From the NCBI GenBank assembly GCA_963700155.1, contig OY969472.1, forward strand, positions 744,690-808,689: a stretch of 64,000 nt of DNA, read 5' to 3'. Made by a program: the position numbers and the translations under genes. The notes under the pieces were generated by a model. The model was not told the origin of the DNA and ran no database searches. It saw nothing but the letters and a program-made list of their open reading frames with translations. The DNA is from an uncultured bacterium (GTDB lineage: Bacteria; Patescibacteriota; Dojkabacteria; J137). Positions 38,454-49,369 of the stretch are shown in pieces (the first letter of the stretch is position 1; every line of letters begins with the position of its first letter).

Positions 38454-39581
38454 TTAATTTAAAGGATAGTGAGCAATACTTTTTATTTGAAAGATCCAAT
38501 TATTCTGCTGAGAATTATCTATACCATTTGGATAATGTTTCCCTTGTTGAGAAAGTAAGATATCATTCCACTCTCCTCCCATCGCTAAATTTATAATAAA
38601 GTAGAAAGGTTTTGTGAATGGCCAATCTCTGAAATTGGTAGAGGATTTATTAACTGTGTGTACAACTGTGCCATCTACCGTATATTGAATTGAGTTAGTT
38701 TTCCACTCTATTCCATAAGTATGAAATTGAGTTGATAAATTTGAAACTTTAGTTCCTTTCGAATATGGATCATTATCTGCGACTAAAGAATTAAAGGTAT
38801 GAGCATCATGATAAACATAACTTGGCTCTACACCTAAAAATTCAATAATATCTATTTCTCCATCACCTTGGTAAGATAATTCATTTTGTTTTTCTTGTTG
38901 TGTTGCAATATTATCATGAAAATATGAACCATCTGTTGGTAATAGCCAAATAGCTGGGAACGTTCCGATTCCAGATGGAAGTTTAGCAACAATTTCAAAT
39001 TTTCCATAAGTTGCGTCAAAAAATCCTTTTGTATCAACTTTTCCTGATGTTATTGTACCATCAGACTCTACTTTAGCTTGTATTGTTAACAATCCATTTT
39101 CAATTTTTACATTTCCGGTTTTGTACATTTGTTTCTCATCGTTCCAAGCAGGATCCCAATCATCATTTATTCCATTTTGGATTCTAAACATTGAACTTAC
39201 AGAAGTCCCATTTGCCATACTAGAGAAATCCAGAAAATAATCTGACTTAGATGGTGATTGTTTAGGGGTCTGTGTATTATTAGTCTGACTTCCACTATCA
39301 GTAGGATTAGTTGAATTTTTAGGGGTAGGATTCGAATCTTTAGATAGTTTTGTTTTTTCACTAATTGAGTTTAAGCCTGCAACAATACCTTCTGAACCGC
39401 TATCTAATATATTTGACTCCCCAATTTCACTATTAGTTGGAATATCAGTTGATATAGGATTATAGCTTGTAACAAGGTAATGATTAAGTCTTGTTTGACT
39501 ATATTCATTTAACAATAGAACTTCAGCAAAAAGGATTGGAATTATTAACGTCGCAAGAAGTAATATACGGCGATTTTTCAT
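38454..39581 (-). CDS. GH16 glycoside hydrolase (beta-glucanase/laminarinase-like), membrane anchored
   Basis: GTFPAIWLL, GEIDIIE (ExDxxE), FHTYGIEW, WPFTKPFYFIINLAMGG. Confidence 0.93.
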   Translation of the reverse strand: MKNRRILLLATLIIPILFAEVLLLNEYSQTRLNHYLVTSYNPISTDIPTNSEIGESNILDSGSEGIVAGLNSISEKTKLSKDSNPTPKNSTNPTDSGSQTNNTQTPKQSPSKSDYFLDFSSMANGTSVSSMFRIQNGINDDWDPAWNDEKQMYKTGNVKIENGLLTIQAKVESDGTITSGKVDTKGFFDATYGKFEIVAKLPSGIGTFPAIWLLPTDGSYFHDNIATQQEKQNELSYQGDGEIDIIEFLGVEPSYVYHDAHTFNSLVADNDPYSKGTKVSNLSTQFHTYGIEWKTNSIQYTVDGTVVHTVNKSSTNFRDWPFTKPFYFIINLAMGGEWNDILLSQQGKHYPNGIDNSQQNNWIFQIKSIAHYPLN

Positions 39582-39671
39582 CTAAATTACTAAAAATTCT
39601 TAACATACCAGTATACTATACTTCGTTTAGCTAAATTCTTCAAGAAAGAAGCGCAGGATGATTGTGTGAAT

Positions 39672-39702
39672 AAAGGGCGGCATTCGAAGAATGCCGCCCT
39701 TT
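39672..39702 (-). terminator. Hairpin after deacetylase gene
   Basis: AAAGGGCGGCATTC-GAA-GAATGCCGCCCTTT. Confidence 0.8.
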
Positions 39703-39718
39703 GAATAATCTAACTAAT

Positions 39719-42700
39719 TTATAACTGTGGCTCCAATTCTGCCAATGCTTGGCTAATTGTTACAACAGGAATGCCACTATCTCTCATTGCATTAAGGTGA
39801 TCTGTGAATAATGTTGGTGTTGTATCATAAGGATCAGGATCAGTAGCTACTCTATGATATACCAATATTAACCACGTTCCTTCTCTTTGTGCTTGTGCAA
39901 TCCAACTTGCAACTTCTTCTCCTGTGGTATTATCCAAAATATTCTGAACTTTCAATCTACTTACATCAAAATTATCTTTACTATTAAACCCAGCATCAAC
40001 AGTTCTATGAACTGTGTAGTGCTGCATAATCTGATCTTTTACTGCTTGATTATATGCCCCAAAAGGTGTTGCAAAATAGTTTATAGGGCCATTAAGGAAG
40101 CTTCTAAGATAAGTTTGTGAATCAACAAGTTCTGTTTCAACTTCAGCCGGAGTTAATGTTCTCAAATCCGGATGAGTTATTGAATGAGATCCTATCTCAT
40201 AACCATCATCTTCGAATGACTTAATAATATCTTTAGCTTCCTGCTCTGTATAATCAGGGTTGCTCTGAATAAAGGTCGTTGCTTCGAATAAATCAGCTTT
40301 GAATCCATAAGAATCCATCATTGGTATTGCAGTATCTACATTATCTTCCCAGCTATCATCAAAGGTTAACGTTAATAATGCCCTGTTAAATGGTACTGGA
40401 GTGTATGGTGTAATATCATAATTATCTGTTGTTAATGTACCATTTTGAGAAAGCAGATGATAAATTACAACTGATACTGCATTAGCTGGCATTGTGAACG
40501 ATTCAGCGTAATGTGCCCAATCTGCAGCAGGTGGAGCTTCTGGAAGTTCCTGATAAAAGATTGAGTTGTCTTGCATATTCATTTCTAAAACTATTCTGCT
40601 GTCAACATCTGATTTGTAATAATCAGTAACAAGGTAATCTTCTCCAGGAGTTAATACTACTGGGTCATGAATCCATTTAGCATCTCCATCAACGTAGTTA
40701 GATACTGTAAGTCTCACACTGTGAGTTCCACTCTGTCCTTGATTCTTTAAGTATTCAAACTGTGCACTATTATTTCCCCAGGAGCTTGGTGCCCATGATA
40801 AAGGTCTTTTGCTTGTAGCTTCTGTTTCAAGGTCACCGTTTGGAACTGTTGAGCTTCCAGTTGGTGGTGCTATTTCAAATAAGTCATAGTTGTCTGTCCA
40901 AAGTTCTCCATTTTGTCCTATAAACTGAAGAACTGTTACATTGTTTACATCTGAAGGAACTAAAAATGCATATTCTGATTTTATCCAGTCAGAACTAGCT
41001 GGATTAGTTCCCATCCATTGATAAGTAATCGAGCCGTCAGTATGTCCTAATTGAACTGTAGTGTCTGTTGGTACTGTTGATTTATAGTAGTTAGAGTAAG
41101 AGTAATATGAACCTGATTTTACAGTTACTGGATCGAAGAACCATTTCGCATCTCCACTTACATAATTAGTCATATTTATGTAAATACTTCTGGTTCCATC
41201 CTGACCTTCGTTTAAATACTGAAAATCTGGTGTATTGTTTCCATAAGAACTTGACTGCCAGAATGCAGGAACATTTCCATTTGGTGTCTCTACCGAAGGA
41301 TTAGGAACAATATTATCTCCAGTATCTGGTGGTGTCACTGTTTTATGTAAAATTGAGTAATCGTCAGTCCAAAGGTCTCCTACTCCATTAAGAATGTGTA
41401 ATACAGTAACTTTCGATACATTTTCTGGTACTATGTAGTCAAAATTTGATTCTATCCAATCAGCACTCGGTGAAAGCGAGTCAATTTCAATAAATTGATT
41501 GGAGTTATCAGTCATTAAATATTGCAAGTATATTAATGTACTTGTATTTGACTTGTAATAATTACTAAAACTATAAGTCTCGCCAGGAGTTACACTAACC
41601 GCATCATGTAACCATTTTGCATCTCCATCTGTATAACTTGACATAGATATATGCAGACTCTTATTACCCGAGTGTGCATCATTTGAGTAATCAAAAATAG
41701 CTGAATTTGTACCCCAGCTACTGGATGTCCAATGAGCAGGTGAAATTCCATTCTGGTTTTCTACTGAAGGATTTAATATTTGATTATCTTCTGGTCCTGG
41801 AGGTGGTTCAGGTGTGATATGCAATAGTGAATAATCATCGGTCCATAAATCACCTAATCCTGGCAATATATGCAAAGCTCTAATTGTAGAAGCATTGTTT
41901 ATTGCTGTAAAATCATAGCTTGTCATTGTCCAGTCTGTACTAGGTGTAAGCATTCCAAGAGAAGTATATTGATAGCTCCCGTCATTCATATGAAACTCGA
42001 TATATACATAGGTATTGGTTGTTGCTCTATAGTAATCACTAAATCTATATGTTTCTCCTGGTGTTACAGGTGCTGGTGAGTGATACCATTTCGCATCTCC
42101 ATCAGTGTAACTTGTCATAGAAACATGAAGACTTTTACTTCCTGTATGCGGTGAATTTGAGTATTCAAATACTGGAGTATTTGTACCCCATGTATTAGTT
42201 TGCCAATCAATAGGATTCCCACTTGAATCTTGTGCTTCTGCTGAAGGATTCAAAATCTGATTTTCATCTGGAGCTGGTGCTGCAATATGTAATATAGAAT
42301 AATCATCTGTCCAAAGATCACCTACACCGGCTAATATATGTAAGACTCGAACAGTTGAAACATTTTCTGGAACTAAGAAATTAAAGTTAGTCTGGCTCCA
42401 ATCAGCACTAGCCTGAGGGTTACTCAGGTATACATATTGGAATGATCCATCGTTCATTGCATATTCTAAAAATAAAAGAGTCTCTCTAGATGCTTTATAA
42501 AAGTCATTAAATTTATAAATTTGACCAGGTGTAACATTTACAGGTTGGTGCATCCATTTCGCATCTCCATCAGTATAACTTGAGATTGAAACGTGTATAC
42601 TTTTAGTGCCTGTGTGAGCATCGTTAGAGTAGTCAAAAGAATGAGTATTTGTTCCCCAAGTATTAGTCTGCCAATTTGCAGGATTAATTCCATTTGGAAC

Positions 42701-43750
42701 CTCCACAGAAGGGTTTAATACTTGATTTTCATCAGCAGTTGGTAATGTAACATGCAAAATTGAAAAATCATCAGTCCATAAATCTCCTACTCCATTTAAT
42801 ATATGTAATATAGTAACCTGATTAACATTATTAGGGACTGTAAAGTTATAGTTTACTTCTAACCAATCTGGATTTGCTGGTAGTGATTCAAGATATACAT
42901 ATTGGTGTGAGTTGTCATTTAACTGGTAATCTAAAAACAAAATTGTACTAGTTGTTGACTTATAAAAATCACTAAAATTATAAGTCTCACCTGGTGTAAC
43001 ATTAACTGGATCGTGATACCATTTTCCATCTCCATCAGTATAGCTTGTAGTTGAGACATGAAGACTTTTACTTCCAGTATGAGCATCATTTGAATACTCA
43101 AAAGTTGTACTATTGTTTCCCCAGTTACTTGTATGCCAGAATGCTGGATTTGTACCATTAGAAGTTTCTACCGATGGATTTAAAATTTGATTATCATTTG
43201 GACCAGGCAAAGTGGCTTGTACAATAGAGTAATCATCAGTCCAAAGATCCCCTACCCCAGCAATTAAATGCATCATAGTTACCTGTGTAGTATTTGAAGG
43301 TGCTGTAAAATTATAATTAGTACTTACCCAATCTGCACTTGCAGGTATATTAGCAATGAACTGGTACTGTTTTTCTCCATTAACAAGATAATATAAGTAC
43401 AATATAGTGTCAGTACTAGATTTGTAAAAATCAGAAAAAGTATATGTTTCACCTGGTGTAACAGTTACAAAATCATGTAACCATTCAGAATCACCACTTG
43501 TATAACTTGTTGTTGAAACATGTAAGCTTTTACTGCCAGTATGAGCATCATTAGAATACTCAAATGTTGAGGTATTTGTTCCCCAAGTATAGGTCTGCCA
43601 ATTTACTGGATCTCCGTTAACATCTTGAGTTTCAGCGGATGGGTTTTGAACAAGATTTTCACCTGCTGCATTAACTTTAATAGAGTTAGTCGAAGAAAAT
43701 AAAAGGAGAGTGAACGCTGCAACGATCAAAGTAAGTATTAATCGCTTCAT
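39719..43750 (-). CDS. Secreted polysaccharide deacetylase (CE4/NodB) with seven CBM4/9-like repeats
   Basis: Signal peptide; 7 ~155-aa NPSxE...WTDD repeats; TFDD, HSITH, FATPFG, LVYH motifs. Confidence 0.9.
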   Translation of the reverse strand: MKRLILTLIVAAFTLLLFSSTNSIKVNAAGENLVQNPSAETQDVNGDPVNWQTYTWGTNTSTFEYSNDAHTGSKSLHVSTTSYTSGDSEWLHDFVTVTPGETYTFSDFYKSSTDTILYLYYLVNGEKQYQFIANIPASADWVSTNYNFTAPSNTTQVTMMHLIAGVGDLWTDDYSIVQATLPGPNDNQILNPSVETSNGTNPAFWHTSNWGNNSTTFEYSNDAHTGSKSLHVSTTSYTDGDGKWYHDPVNVTPGETYNFSDFYKSTTSTILFLDYQLNDNSHQYVYLESLPANPDWLEVNYNFTVPNNVNQVTILHILNGVGDLWTDDFSILHVTLPTADENQVLNPSVEVPNGINPANWQTNTWGTNTHSFDYSNDAHTGTKSIHVSISSYTDGDAKWMHQPVNVTPGQIYKFNDFYKASRETLLFLEYAMNDGSFQYVYLSNPQASADWSQTNFNFLVPENVSTVRVLHILAGVGDLWTDDYSILHIAAPAPDENQILNPSAEAQDSSGNPIDWQTNTWGTNTPVFEYSNSPHTGSKSLHVSMTSYTDGDAKWYHSPAPVTPGETYRFSDYYRATTNTYVYIEFHMNDGSYQYTSLGMLTPSTDWTMTSYDFTAINNASTIRALHILPGLGDLWTDDYSLLHITPEPPPGPEDNQILNPSVENQNGISPAHWTSSSWGTNSAIFDYSNDAHSGNKSLHISMSSYTDGDAKWLHDAVSVTPGETYSFSNYYKSNTSTLIYLQYLMTDNSNQFIEIDSLSPSADWIESNFDYIVPENVSKVTVLHILNGVGDLWTDDYSILHKTVTPPDTGDNIVPNPSVETPNGNVPAFWQSSSYGNNTPDFQYLNEGQDGTRSIYINMTNYVSGDAKWFFDPVTVKSGSYYSYSNYYKSTVPTDTTVQLGHTDGSITYQWMGTNPASSDWIKSEYAFLVPSDVNNVTVLQFIGQNGELWTDNYDLFEIAPPTGSSTVPNGDLETEATSKRPLSWAPSSWGNNSAQFEYLKNQGQSGTHSVRLTVSNYVDGDAKWIHDPVVLTPGEDYLVTDYYKSDVDSRIVLEMNMQDNSIFYQELPEAPPAADWAHYAESFTMPANAVSVVIYHLLSQNGTLTTDNYDITPYTPVPFNRALLTLTFDDSWEDNVDTAIPMMDSYGFKADLFEATTFIQSNPDYTEQEAKDIIKSFEDDGYEIGSHSITHPDLRTLTPAEVETELVDSQTYLRSFLNGPINYFATPFGAYNQAVKDQIMQHYTVHRTVDAGFNSKDNFDVSRLKVQNILDNTTGEEVASWIAQAQREGTWLILVYHRVATDPDPYDTTPTLFTDHLNAMRDSGIPVVTISQALAELEPQL

Positions 43751-43899
43751 AAATATATGAGATTAATATTTTAAATATTTATTTCAGTATATCATTAATA
43801 TTTAGACATTGTTACATTTATATTGTAAATATAGGGCATTGGAGGCCTAAAAGTTCCTTCAGATTTAGGGATTTTGTATTTTAGAAAATTTAAATAAAA

Positions 43900-43928
43900 A
43901 AAGCGGCGACTTTTCAAGTCGCCGCTTT
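43900..43928 (-). terminator. Intrinsic terminator
   Basis: AAAGCGGCGACTT-TTC-AAGTCGCCGCTTT with T-tract on the minus strand. Confidence 0.85.
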
Positions 43929-43946
43929 AAAAAACTTTCATAAGTT

Positions 43947-46661
43947 TTAAAGTTGAGGTTCTAACTCTGCTAAAGCTTGGCTAATTGTTACAACTTTAAT
44001 CCCACTATTATTTACAGCTGCCATTTGGTCTGCAAATTCAACTGGTGTTGTATCATAAGTTCCAGGATCAGTAGCTACTCTATGATAAACTAGTATTAAC
44101 CATGTGCCTTCTTGTTGAGCCTGGTTAATCCAGGCTGTTATATCTTCAGCCGTAGTATCACTAAATACGTTCTGAACTTTTAATTGACTTACATCAAAAT
44201 TATCTTTGCTATTAAATCCTACATTTACCGTTCTATGAACTGTATAAGTATGCATTATCTGATCTAATACTGATTGATTATATGATCCATATGGTGTTGC
44301 AAAATAATTTACTGATGTTCCAAGAATACTTTCAAGATAACTTTGAGAATCTACAAGTTCTGTTGTGACTTGTGCAGGTGTAAGTGTGGTTAAATCAGCA
44401 TGATCAACTGTGTGAGATCCAATTTCTTGCCCATCTGCAGCCATGTTCTGAACTCTTGTTACAGCATCAGGAAGATCTGAGTTTTGAATATTTGAAGTTA
44501 TAAAGAACCAGTTGCCTTTATATCCATATTGATCTAATACTGGAAATGCTGTGTCATAATTATCAAGCCATCCATCATCATCAAATGTTAAAGTTACTAA
44601 AGGTTCATTGAATGGCGTTGGAACATATTCTTCAACTTTATAATTATCAGTGATTAAGAATCCTGAACTTTGAAGAATATGAAGAATATTGATACTCATA
44701 GCATTTGCAGGCATTGTAAAAGTTCCAGTGAAAAGTACCCAATCTGTGCTTGGCGCTGCATTTCCTATATCAATGTAATTTACACTCCCATCTTGCATAT
44801 TTACAGCGATAGTAACTTTAGTTTCAACATCTGATTGGTAGTAATCCGAGATTTTATAGCTTACTCCTGGGGTCAAATTTATTGAGTCGTTAAACCATTT
44901 AGCGTCTCCATCGGTGTAGTTAGTAATTGTTGTTTTAACGCTATGAGTTCCATCATATCCTGTATTCAAATATTGAAATTTTGCATTGTTTGTTCCCCAA
45001 GAATTTGTATTCCAGAATTGTGGTTGATTTGGATTTGATGCTAATGTGTCTTCTAATGAAGCATTTGGTAAAAGTGACCCATCAGGTAGAATTTCTTTCA
45101 GGCTGTAATTATCAGTCCAAAGCTCTCCATTTTGTGCCATAACATGGAAAACAGTTAATTTTGTAGCACCTACAGGAGGCAAGAAACTATATTCAGATTT
45201 TGCCCAGTTTGCATTAATTGGATTTGTTCCTAACCAAAGGTAAGATAAAGAACCGTCTCCCATTTGAAATTGAACTACAGTTTCGCTTGGTGCAGTTGAT
45301 TTATAATAGTCAGAGAATAAATAATGTGAGTCATCTGAGATTGAAACAGGATCAAAATACCATTTAGCATCTCCATCAGTATAGTTAGTAACATTTACAT
45401 AAACGCTTTTTGATCCTTCTTGACCTTCGTTTAGATATTGAAATTGTGCTTTATTTGTTCCCCAAGAATTTGACTGCCAGAAAGCAGGGTCACTTCCATT
45501 TGGAGTTTCAACTGATGGATTAGCAACAGCATTTTCTCCAGGATCTGGAATAGGTGGCGGTTCTGGCGTTGTTACGAGTATGATTGAATAATCATCAGTC
45601 CAAAGATCTCCAACGCCAGCAATTAAATGGAATACAGTTACTTGTTTAGCATTTGTTGGTGCAGTAAAGTTATAATCTACTTGAGCCCAATCCGCACTTG
45701 ATCCTGGGCCTCCTAAATAAACATATTGATTAGAACCATCATTCATTAAGTACTGTAAAACTACCTCTGTATTTTCAGTTGATTTATAGTAATCAGTAAA
45801 ATTATATGTTTCGCCTGGAGTAACATTTACAGGATCGTGATACCATTTGGCATCCCCATCTGTATAACTAGTAGTTGTAACATGAACGCTTTTATTGCCT
45901 GTATGTGCTGAATTTGAATATTCAAATGTTGAAGTATTCGTCCCCCAAGCATTATTTTGCCAGTACGCTGGATTCCCATTAGAATCTGGGGTTTCTACTG
46001 ACGGATTTAAAATTTGATTTTCATCAACTGCTGGCGGAGTAACTGGTGGATCTACTACAGGCGGATCTACTACAGGTGGATCTACCACTGGTGGATCTAC
46101 TACAGGTGGTTCGGTAGGTGTTGTTGATGTAGTTTCAGTAAGTGAAAAGTTATCAGTCCAAAGCTGTCCAACTGAAGAGATTACATGAAAAATTGTTACT
46201 TGTGTAGAATTATCTGGAACTGTGAAGTTTGCAGTTATATTAGTCCAAGCTGAATTTGCTCCAACTGATGTTAAATATTCATATTGATATGAATTTGATC
46301 CAACTGTATATTGAGCAATAATGTCTGTACCTACATTTGATTTATATGAATCACTGAATTCATATGTTGTCCCTGCAGTTACATTTACTGGATCTGGATA
46401 CCATTTTGCATCTCCGTTTCCTTGTGCAGTAACTGTTACTCCTAATGCTTTTCCAATACTTCCATCTGTAGTAGAATAAGTGAAATCCGCAACTGTCCCT
46501 CCCCAAGACCCTGTATTAAAGTTTGCAGGTTGAGTATCCCCGGTTTCAACATCGGGATTAGGAATTAAGTTGTCTGCAGCACTTACTTTTAATGGACCTG
46601 ATAAAGTAAATAATATAATGCTTGAAGCTAATGAGACTAACAGAAGGTTTAATCGTTTCAT
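43947..46661 (-). CDS. Secreted polysaccharide deacetylase (CE4/NodB) with four CBM4/9-like repeats
   Basis: Paralog of 39719..43750 with the same C-terminus ISQALAELEPQL; TFDD, HTVDH, FATPYG, LVYH. Confidence 0.9.
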   Translation of the reverse strand: MKRLNLLLVSLASSIILFTLSGPLKVSAADNLIPNPDVETGDTQPANFNTGSWGGTVADFTYSTTDGSIGKALGVTVTAQGNGDAKWYPDPVNVTAGTTYEFSDSYKSNVGTDIIAQYTVGSNSYQYEYLTSVGANSAWTNITANFTVPDNSTQVTIFHVISSVGQLWTDNFSLTETTSTTPTEPPVVDPPVVDPPVVDPPVVDPPVTPPAVDENQILNPSVETPDSNGNPAYWQNNAWGTNTSTFEYSNSAHTGNKSVHVTTTSYTDGDAKWYHDPVNVTPGETYNFTDYYKSTENTEVVLQYLMNDGSNQYVYLGGPGSSADWAQVDYNFTAPTNAKQVTVFHLIAGVGDLWTDDYSIILVTTPEPPPIPDPGENAVANPSVETPNGSDPAFWQSNSWGTNKAQFQYLNEGQEGSKSVYVNVTNYTDGDAKWYFDPVSISDDSHYLFSDYYKSTAPSETVVQFQMGDGSLSYLWLGTNPINANWAKSEYSFLPPVGATKLTVFHVMAQNGELWTDNYSLKEILPDGSLLPNASLEDTLASNPNQPQFWNTNSWGTNNAKFQYLNTGYDGTHSVKTTITNYTDGDAKWFNDSINLTPGVSYKISDYYQSDVETKVTIAVNMQDGSVNYIDIGNAAPSTDWVLFTGTFTMPANAMSINILHILQSSGFLITDNYKVEEYVPTPFNEPLVTLTFDDDGWLDNYDTAFPVLDQYGYKGNWFFITSNIQNSDLPDAVTRVQNMAADGQEIGSHTVDHADLTTLTPAQVTTELVDSQSYLESILGTSVNYFATPYGSYNQSVLDQIMHTYTVHRTVNVGFNSKDNFDVSQLKVQNVFSDTTAEDITAWINQAQQEGTWLILVYHRVATDPGTYDTTPVEFADQMAAVNNSGIKVVTISQALAELEPQL
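46041..46110 (-). repeat. 15-bp coding tandem repeat (PPVVD x4 linker)
   Basis: GGTGGATCTACTACA-like units. Confidence 0.85.
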
Positions 46662-46831
46662 AGGGTTATATAATATTAATAGTTATCTATTAATACCAGT
46701 ATATCATTAATGTTTACTAATTGTGAAGAATTTTATTTTTTATTTCCTGTATCGAATTAACTACTAATAAGATTTTAGTTTGAATAAACATAGATCTTTT
46801 ATTTCACAAACATTTTGTTAAGATAGACAAC

Positions 46832-46862
46832 AGAGGTGCAGGGAATTCTTCCCTGCACCTCT
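46832..46862. terminator. Perfect hairpin after the GT87-like gene
   Basis: AGAGGTGCAGGGAA-TTC-TTCCCTGCACCTCT; weak U-tract. Confidence 0.65.
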
Positions 46863-46922
46863 TAGAAAACTGAAAAAGCAAAATTCTTATTGTACTGGTT
46901 AGGGCTTTTATTCTCGGAGTTC

Positions 46923-47909
46923 TTATGTTGGCTTAGGATCTAGCTTTAGTGCAAGTGCAACTATGATACTTCCGTATAACCAGAGCCAGTTTTGAGGCTC
47001 AAGAAGAAAAGGAAGTATTGGGGAGAAAGCACTAGCTTTTGCTAGAAAAGTGTTAGGGAACCAAAGATCGGGTATTAATCCGAAAAATATAGAGAAGCAG
47101 ATTCCCCAAATTGCCCCCCATTTGATTACCTTCCACCACTCTTTTGTTACAAGGATAACTAGTGGTAGAACGAAAATTACACTCGGTTTCATCACTGCTA
47201 GTACACCTAGTAAAGCAGCTAACGTAAAATGTCTACGTTTTGCTGCAATTAGATATCCAGCAACGAGGGCAAAAATCAGCGGTGTCGGCTGCCCAAGCCA
47301 GAATGCTGCTGAGAGTGAATTCCCATGAATTCCAGTCCCAATATCTTCCACAAGCATCCATTGAAACCGAAAATTTGGTTGATCCCAGGGATAACCTCCG
47401 ATTATAGGCAAGATAATCCCAAAGGTTAAAATCACGGCGGCCCAGGTATGTTTGTGGTTGACATTTAATGCAAGCACTAGAGCAATAAAAAGCATTGCCC
47501 CCATATTGATTATACCTGAAACCTCGAACGCATCCTTGAATTCCATAGCTCCCAACGGTGCCATTAGGAGAGCGTGCCATGGTGTATGACCGTAGAAATA
47601 AGTCCCCCAGCCTCCATCATTTTGGATGTATTCACTCCAGAGTTCTGATAAATTTTGTTTTGTTTCAGGAGGTCCAATATAACGATAGACCTCCTCCCAT
47701 TCTCCAGCTCCGGCAAGTTTTCCGGCTTGCCAGAACATTGCAAAATCCGAATCCCAAGGGGGTTTAGGCTGGTTTAACCGATCGAACAAGATCTTGTTCG
47801 CAGTAAATAGAAAAAATAACACTGCGAAGAATAAAACAAGCCAGCGTACGGCTTCCTTTGTTTCTGTCCATATTGAAGCGATCAGTCTGCTAGCTTCTAT
47901 GTTTGCCAT
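46923..47909 (-). CDS. GT87/DUF2029 family membrane glycosyltransferase (GT-C)
   Basis: SDFAMFWQAG, LGQPT, AVMKP motifs; multiple TMs; SD AGGAG. Confidence 0.75.
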   Translation of the reverse strand: MANIEASRLIASIWTETKEAVRWLVLFFAVLFFLFTANKILFDRLNQPKPPWDSDFAMFWQAGKLAGAGEWEEVYRYIGPPETKQNLSELWSEYIQNDGGWGTYFYGHTPWHALLMAPLGAMEFKDAFEVSGIINMGAMLFIALVLALNVNHKHTWAAVILTFGIILPIIGGYPWDQPNFRFQWMLVEDIGTGIHGNSLSAAFWLGQPTPLIFALVAGYLIAAKRRHFTLAALLGVLAVMKPSVIFVLPLVILVTKEWWKVIKWGAIWGICFSIFFGLIPDLWFPNTFLAKASAFSPILPFLLEPQNWLWLYGSIIVALALKLDPKPT

Positions 47910-48139
47910 TTTTATTCTCTCCTGTTAGTTTATGATTGTGAGATGTGAGATTGGTTATCTAATAAGAATTTTAACTTAGTTCAATTTTCAAGGTACTACA
48001 AACTAATACAATAAATTTTTATATCCACAACTTATAAAGATAGTGAAATTAAATTCGTAACAGAACATGCAATTAGTTTGCTATATTAGGATTATATCAT
48101 GGAGATTTAAGTACATTTTTTAATTGGGGTTTAGGTGTT

Positions 48140-48164
48140 GCGGCGGGGAAGAATTCCCCGCCGT
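48140..48164. terminator. GC-rich hairpin after 48172..48477
   Basis: GCGGCGGGGAA-GAA-TTCCCCGCCGT; no U-tract. Confidence 0.6.
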
Positions 48165-48171
48165 GTGTAGA

Positions 48172-48477
48172 TTAATTAGCGAGGCGGCGGTATTTTGACC
48201 GACACTGGACTATCTGAATCTTGTGTGTTCTCTGATACTCGTTCAGATTTTCCCACAAGATTTTGAAGTCATCGCTATTTACCGAAAAAACTCTTCCCCT
48301 CCTGAACCGAAAAATTGCAACGGCATCTGGTGGGTAGCTCTTCTTAGGATCATACTTACCTAAATCAGTAAGTGATCCATCCGGAGCTTTAAGAAACCGC
48401 TTCGCCCAAGCCGCATGGGCGTTTTGACGTGCTCTTGCACCTTGTATCGAAGGGTTTCTTGATCTAGTTTTCTTCAT
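48172..48477 (-). CDS. Small basic hypothetical protein
   Basis: ORF with own promoter-like sequence and 3' hairpin. Confidence 0.6.
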   Translation of the reverse strand: MKKTRSRNPSIQGARARQNAHAAWAKRFLKAPDGSLTDLGKYDPKKSYPPDAVAIFRFRRGRVFSVNSDDFKILWENLNEYQRTHKIQIVQCRSKYRRLAN

Positions 48478-48587
48478 TTCTAGATAGCCTTTTGTAAATC
48501 TGCACTATACTAAATATATCATCACTATATATATTTTGTCATTTTAATATTATCATCTAAATTTTGAGAATTGTTATTGTAGCGTTC

Positions 48588-48612
48588 GCGGCTCGGGTTT
48601 CACCCGAGCCGC
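48588..48612. terminator. Perfect hairpin after 48627..49208
   Basis: GCGGCTCGGGT-TTC-ACCCGAGCCGC; no U-tract. Confidence 0.6.
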
Positions 48613-48626
48613 TTTCCGCTCTTTAA

Positions 48627-49208
48627 CTACCTGATAGGTTCTATCTTTGTGACCCAGCCAGTGCTGTTGTTGATATACAACGAGTACTGGAAATTCGGGT
48701 TCAAGCTTATCCATTGATCATAGCTTGTCCCAAATGAATAGATTTTCTCGTCTTGATCGATGAACTGAACTGTATATTGACCTGATCTTCCAGACTCTCT
48801 TTCTTCTGGGTCTACAGAGAGGACGACCTCACCATAGTAAGGCGACCTTCCAAATCCATTGCTGGATACTGTTCTGGTATGATGCCAGCCCAATATCTCG
48901 AAATGGTAGTTTGTTTCGATCCCTGGGCGAAAATGCCCGAAATAGGTAATATCGAATGTAGTTTTAGGCGTATATGTCTTACTTTGATTTCGACTTCCTT
49001 GGGGGAATCCTGTCGTATTTGAGTCAGGATACCAGCTGTACTCCTCTATCTCAACTTTTTGAGTCCAGAGGAACTTATAGATGTTTGCCTTAATCTGTTG
49101 GTCTGAGGTACTCCAGACTGTGAATACAATCACCCCAATTAACATGGCGATTATTATTAGACAGCCTACGGCATCAGATATAGTACTCGCACTCTTTTTA
49201 TCATTCAT
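48627..49208 (-). CDS. Single-TM hypothetical protein
   Basis: N-terminal TM, beta-rich aromatic domain; SD AGGAG. Confidence 0.7.
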   Translation of the reverse strand: MNDKKSASTISDAVGCLIIIAMLIGVIVFTVWSTSDQQIKANIYKFLWTQKVEIEEYSWYPDSNTTGFPQGSRNQSKTYTPKTTFDITYFGHFRPGIETNYHFEILGWHHTRTVSSNGFGRSPYYGEVVLSVDPEERESGRSGQYTVQFIDQDEKIYSFGTSYDQWISLNPNFQYSLYINNSTGWVTKIEPIR

Positions 49209-49369
49209 GGTTTTCTCCTATTTGGATAGATTATCGAGGTAGTTTTTTAAAGAACGGATGATTTCGTAGATAAAGAATTTGTCATTTATACTACTAAAAT
49301 ATTATATCATTAGTATATATATAATGTCATCATGTGTTAATGACATAGTGGAAAGATTTACTTTTTTAT

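Noticed and set aside
39719-46661. Long periodic DNA repeats resembling an array
   Set aside because: They are in-frame CBM-like domain repeats and a PPVVD linker; no CRISPR repeat-spacer pattern or cas genes
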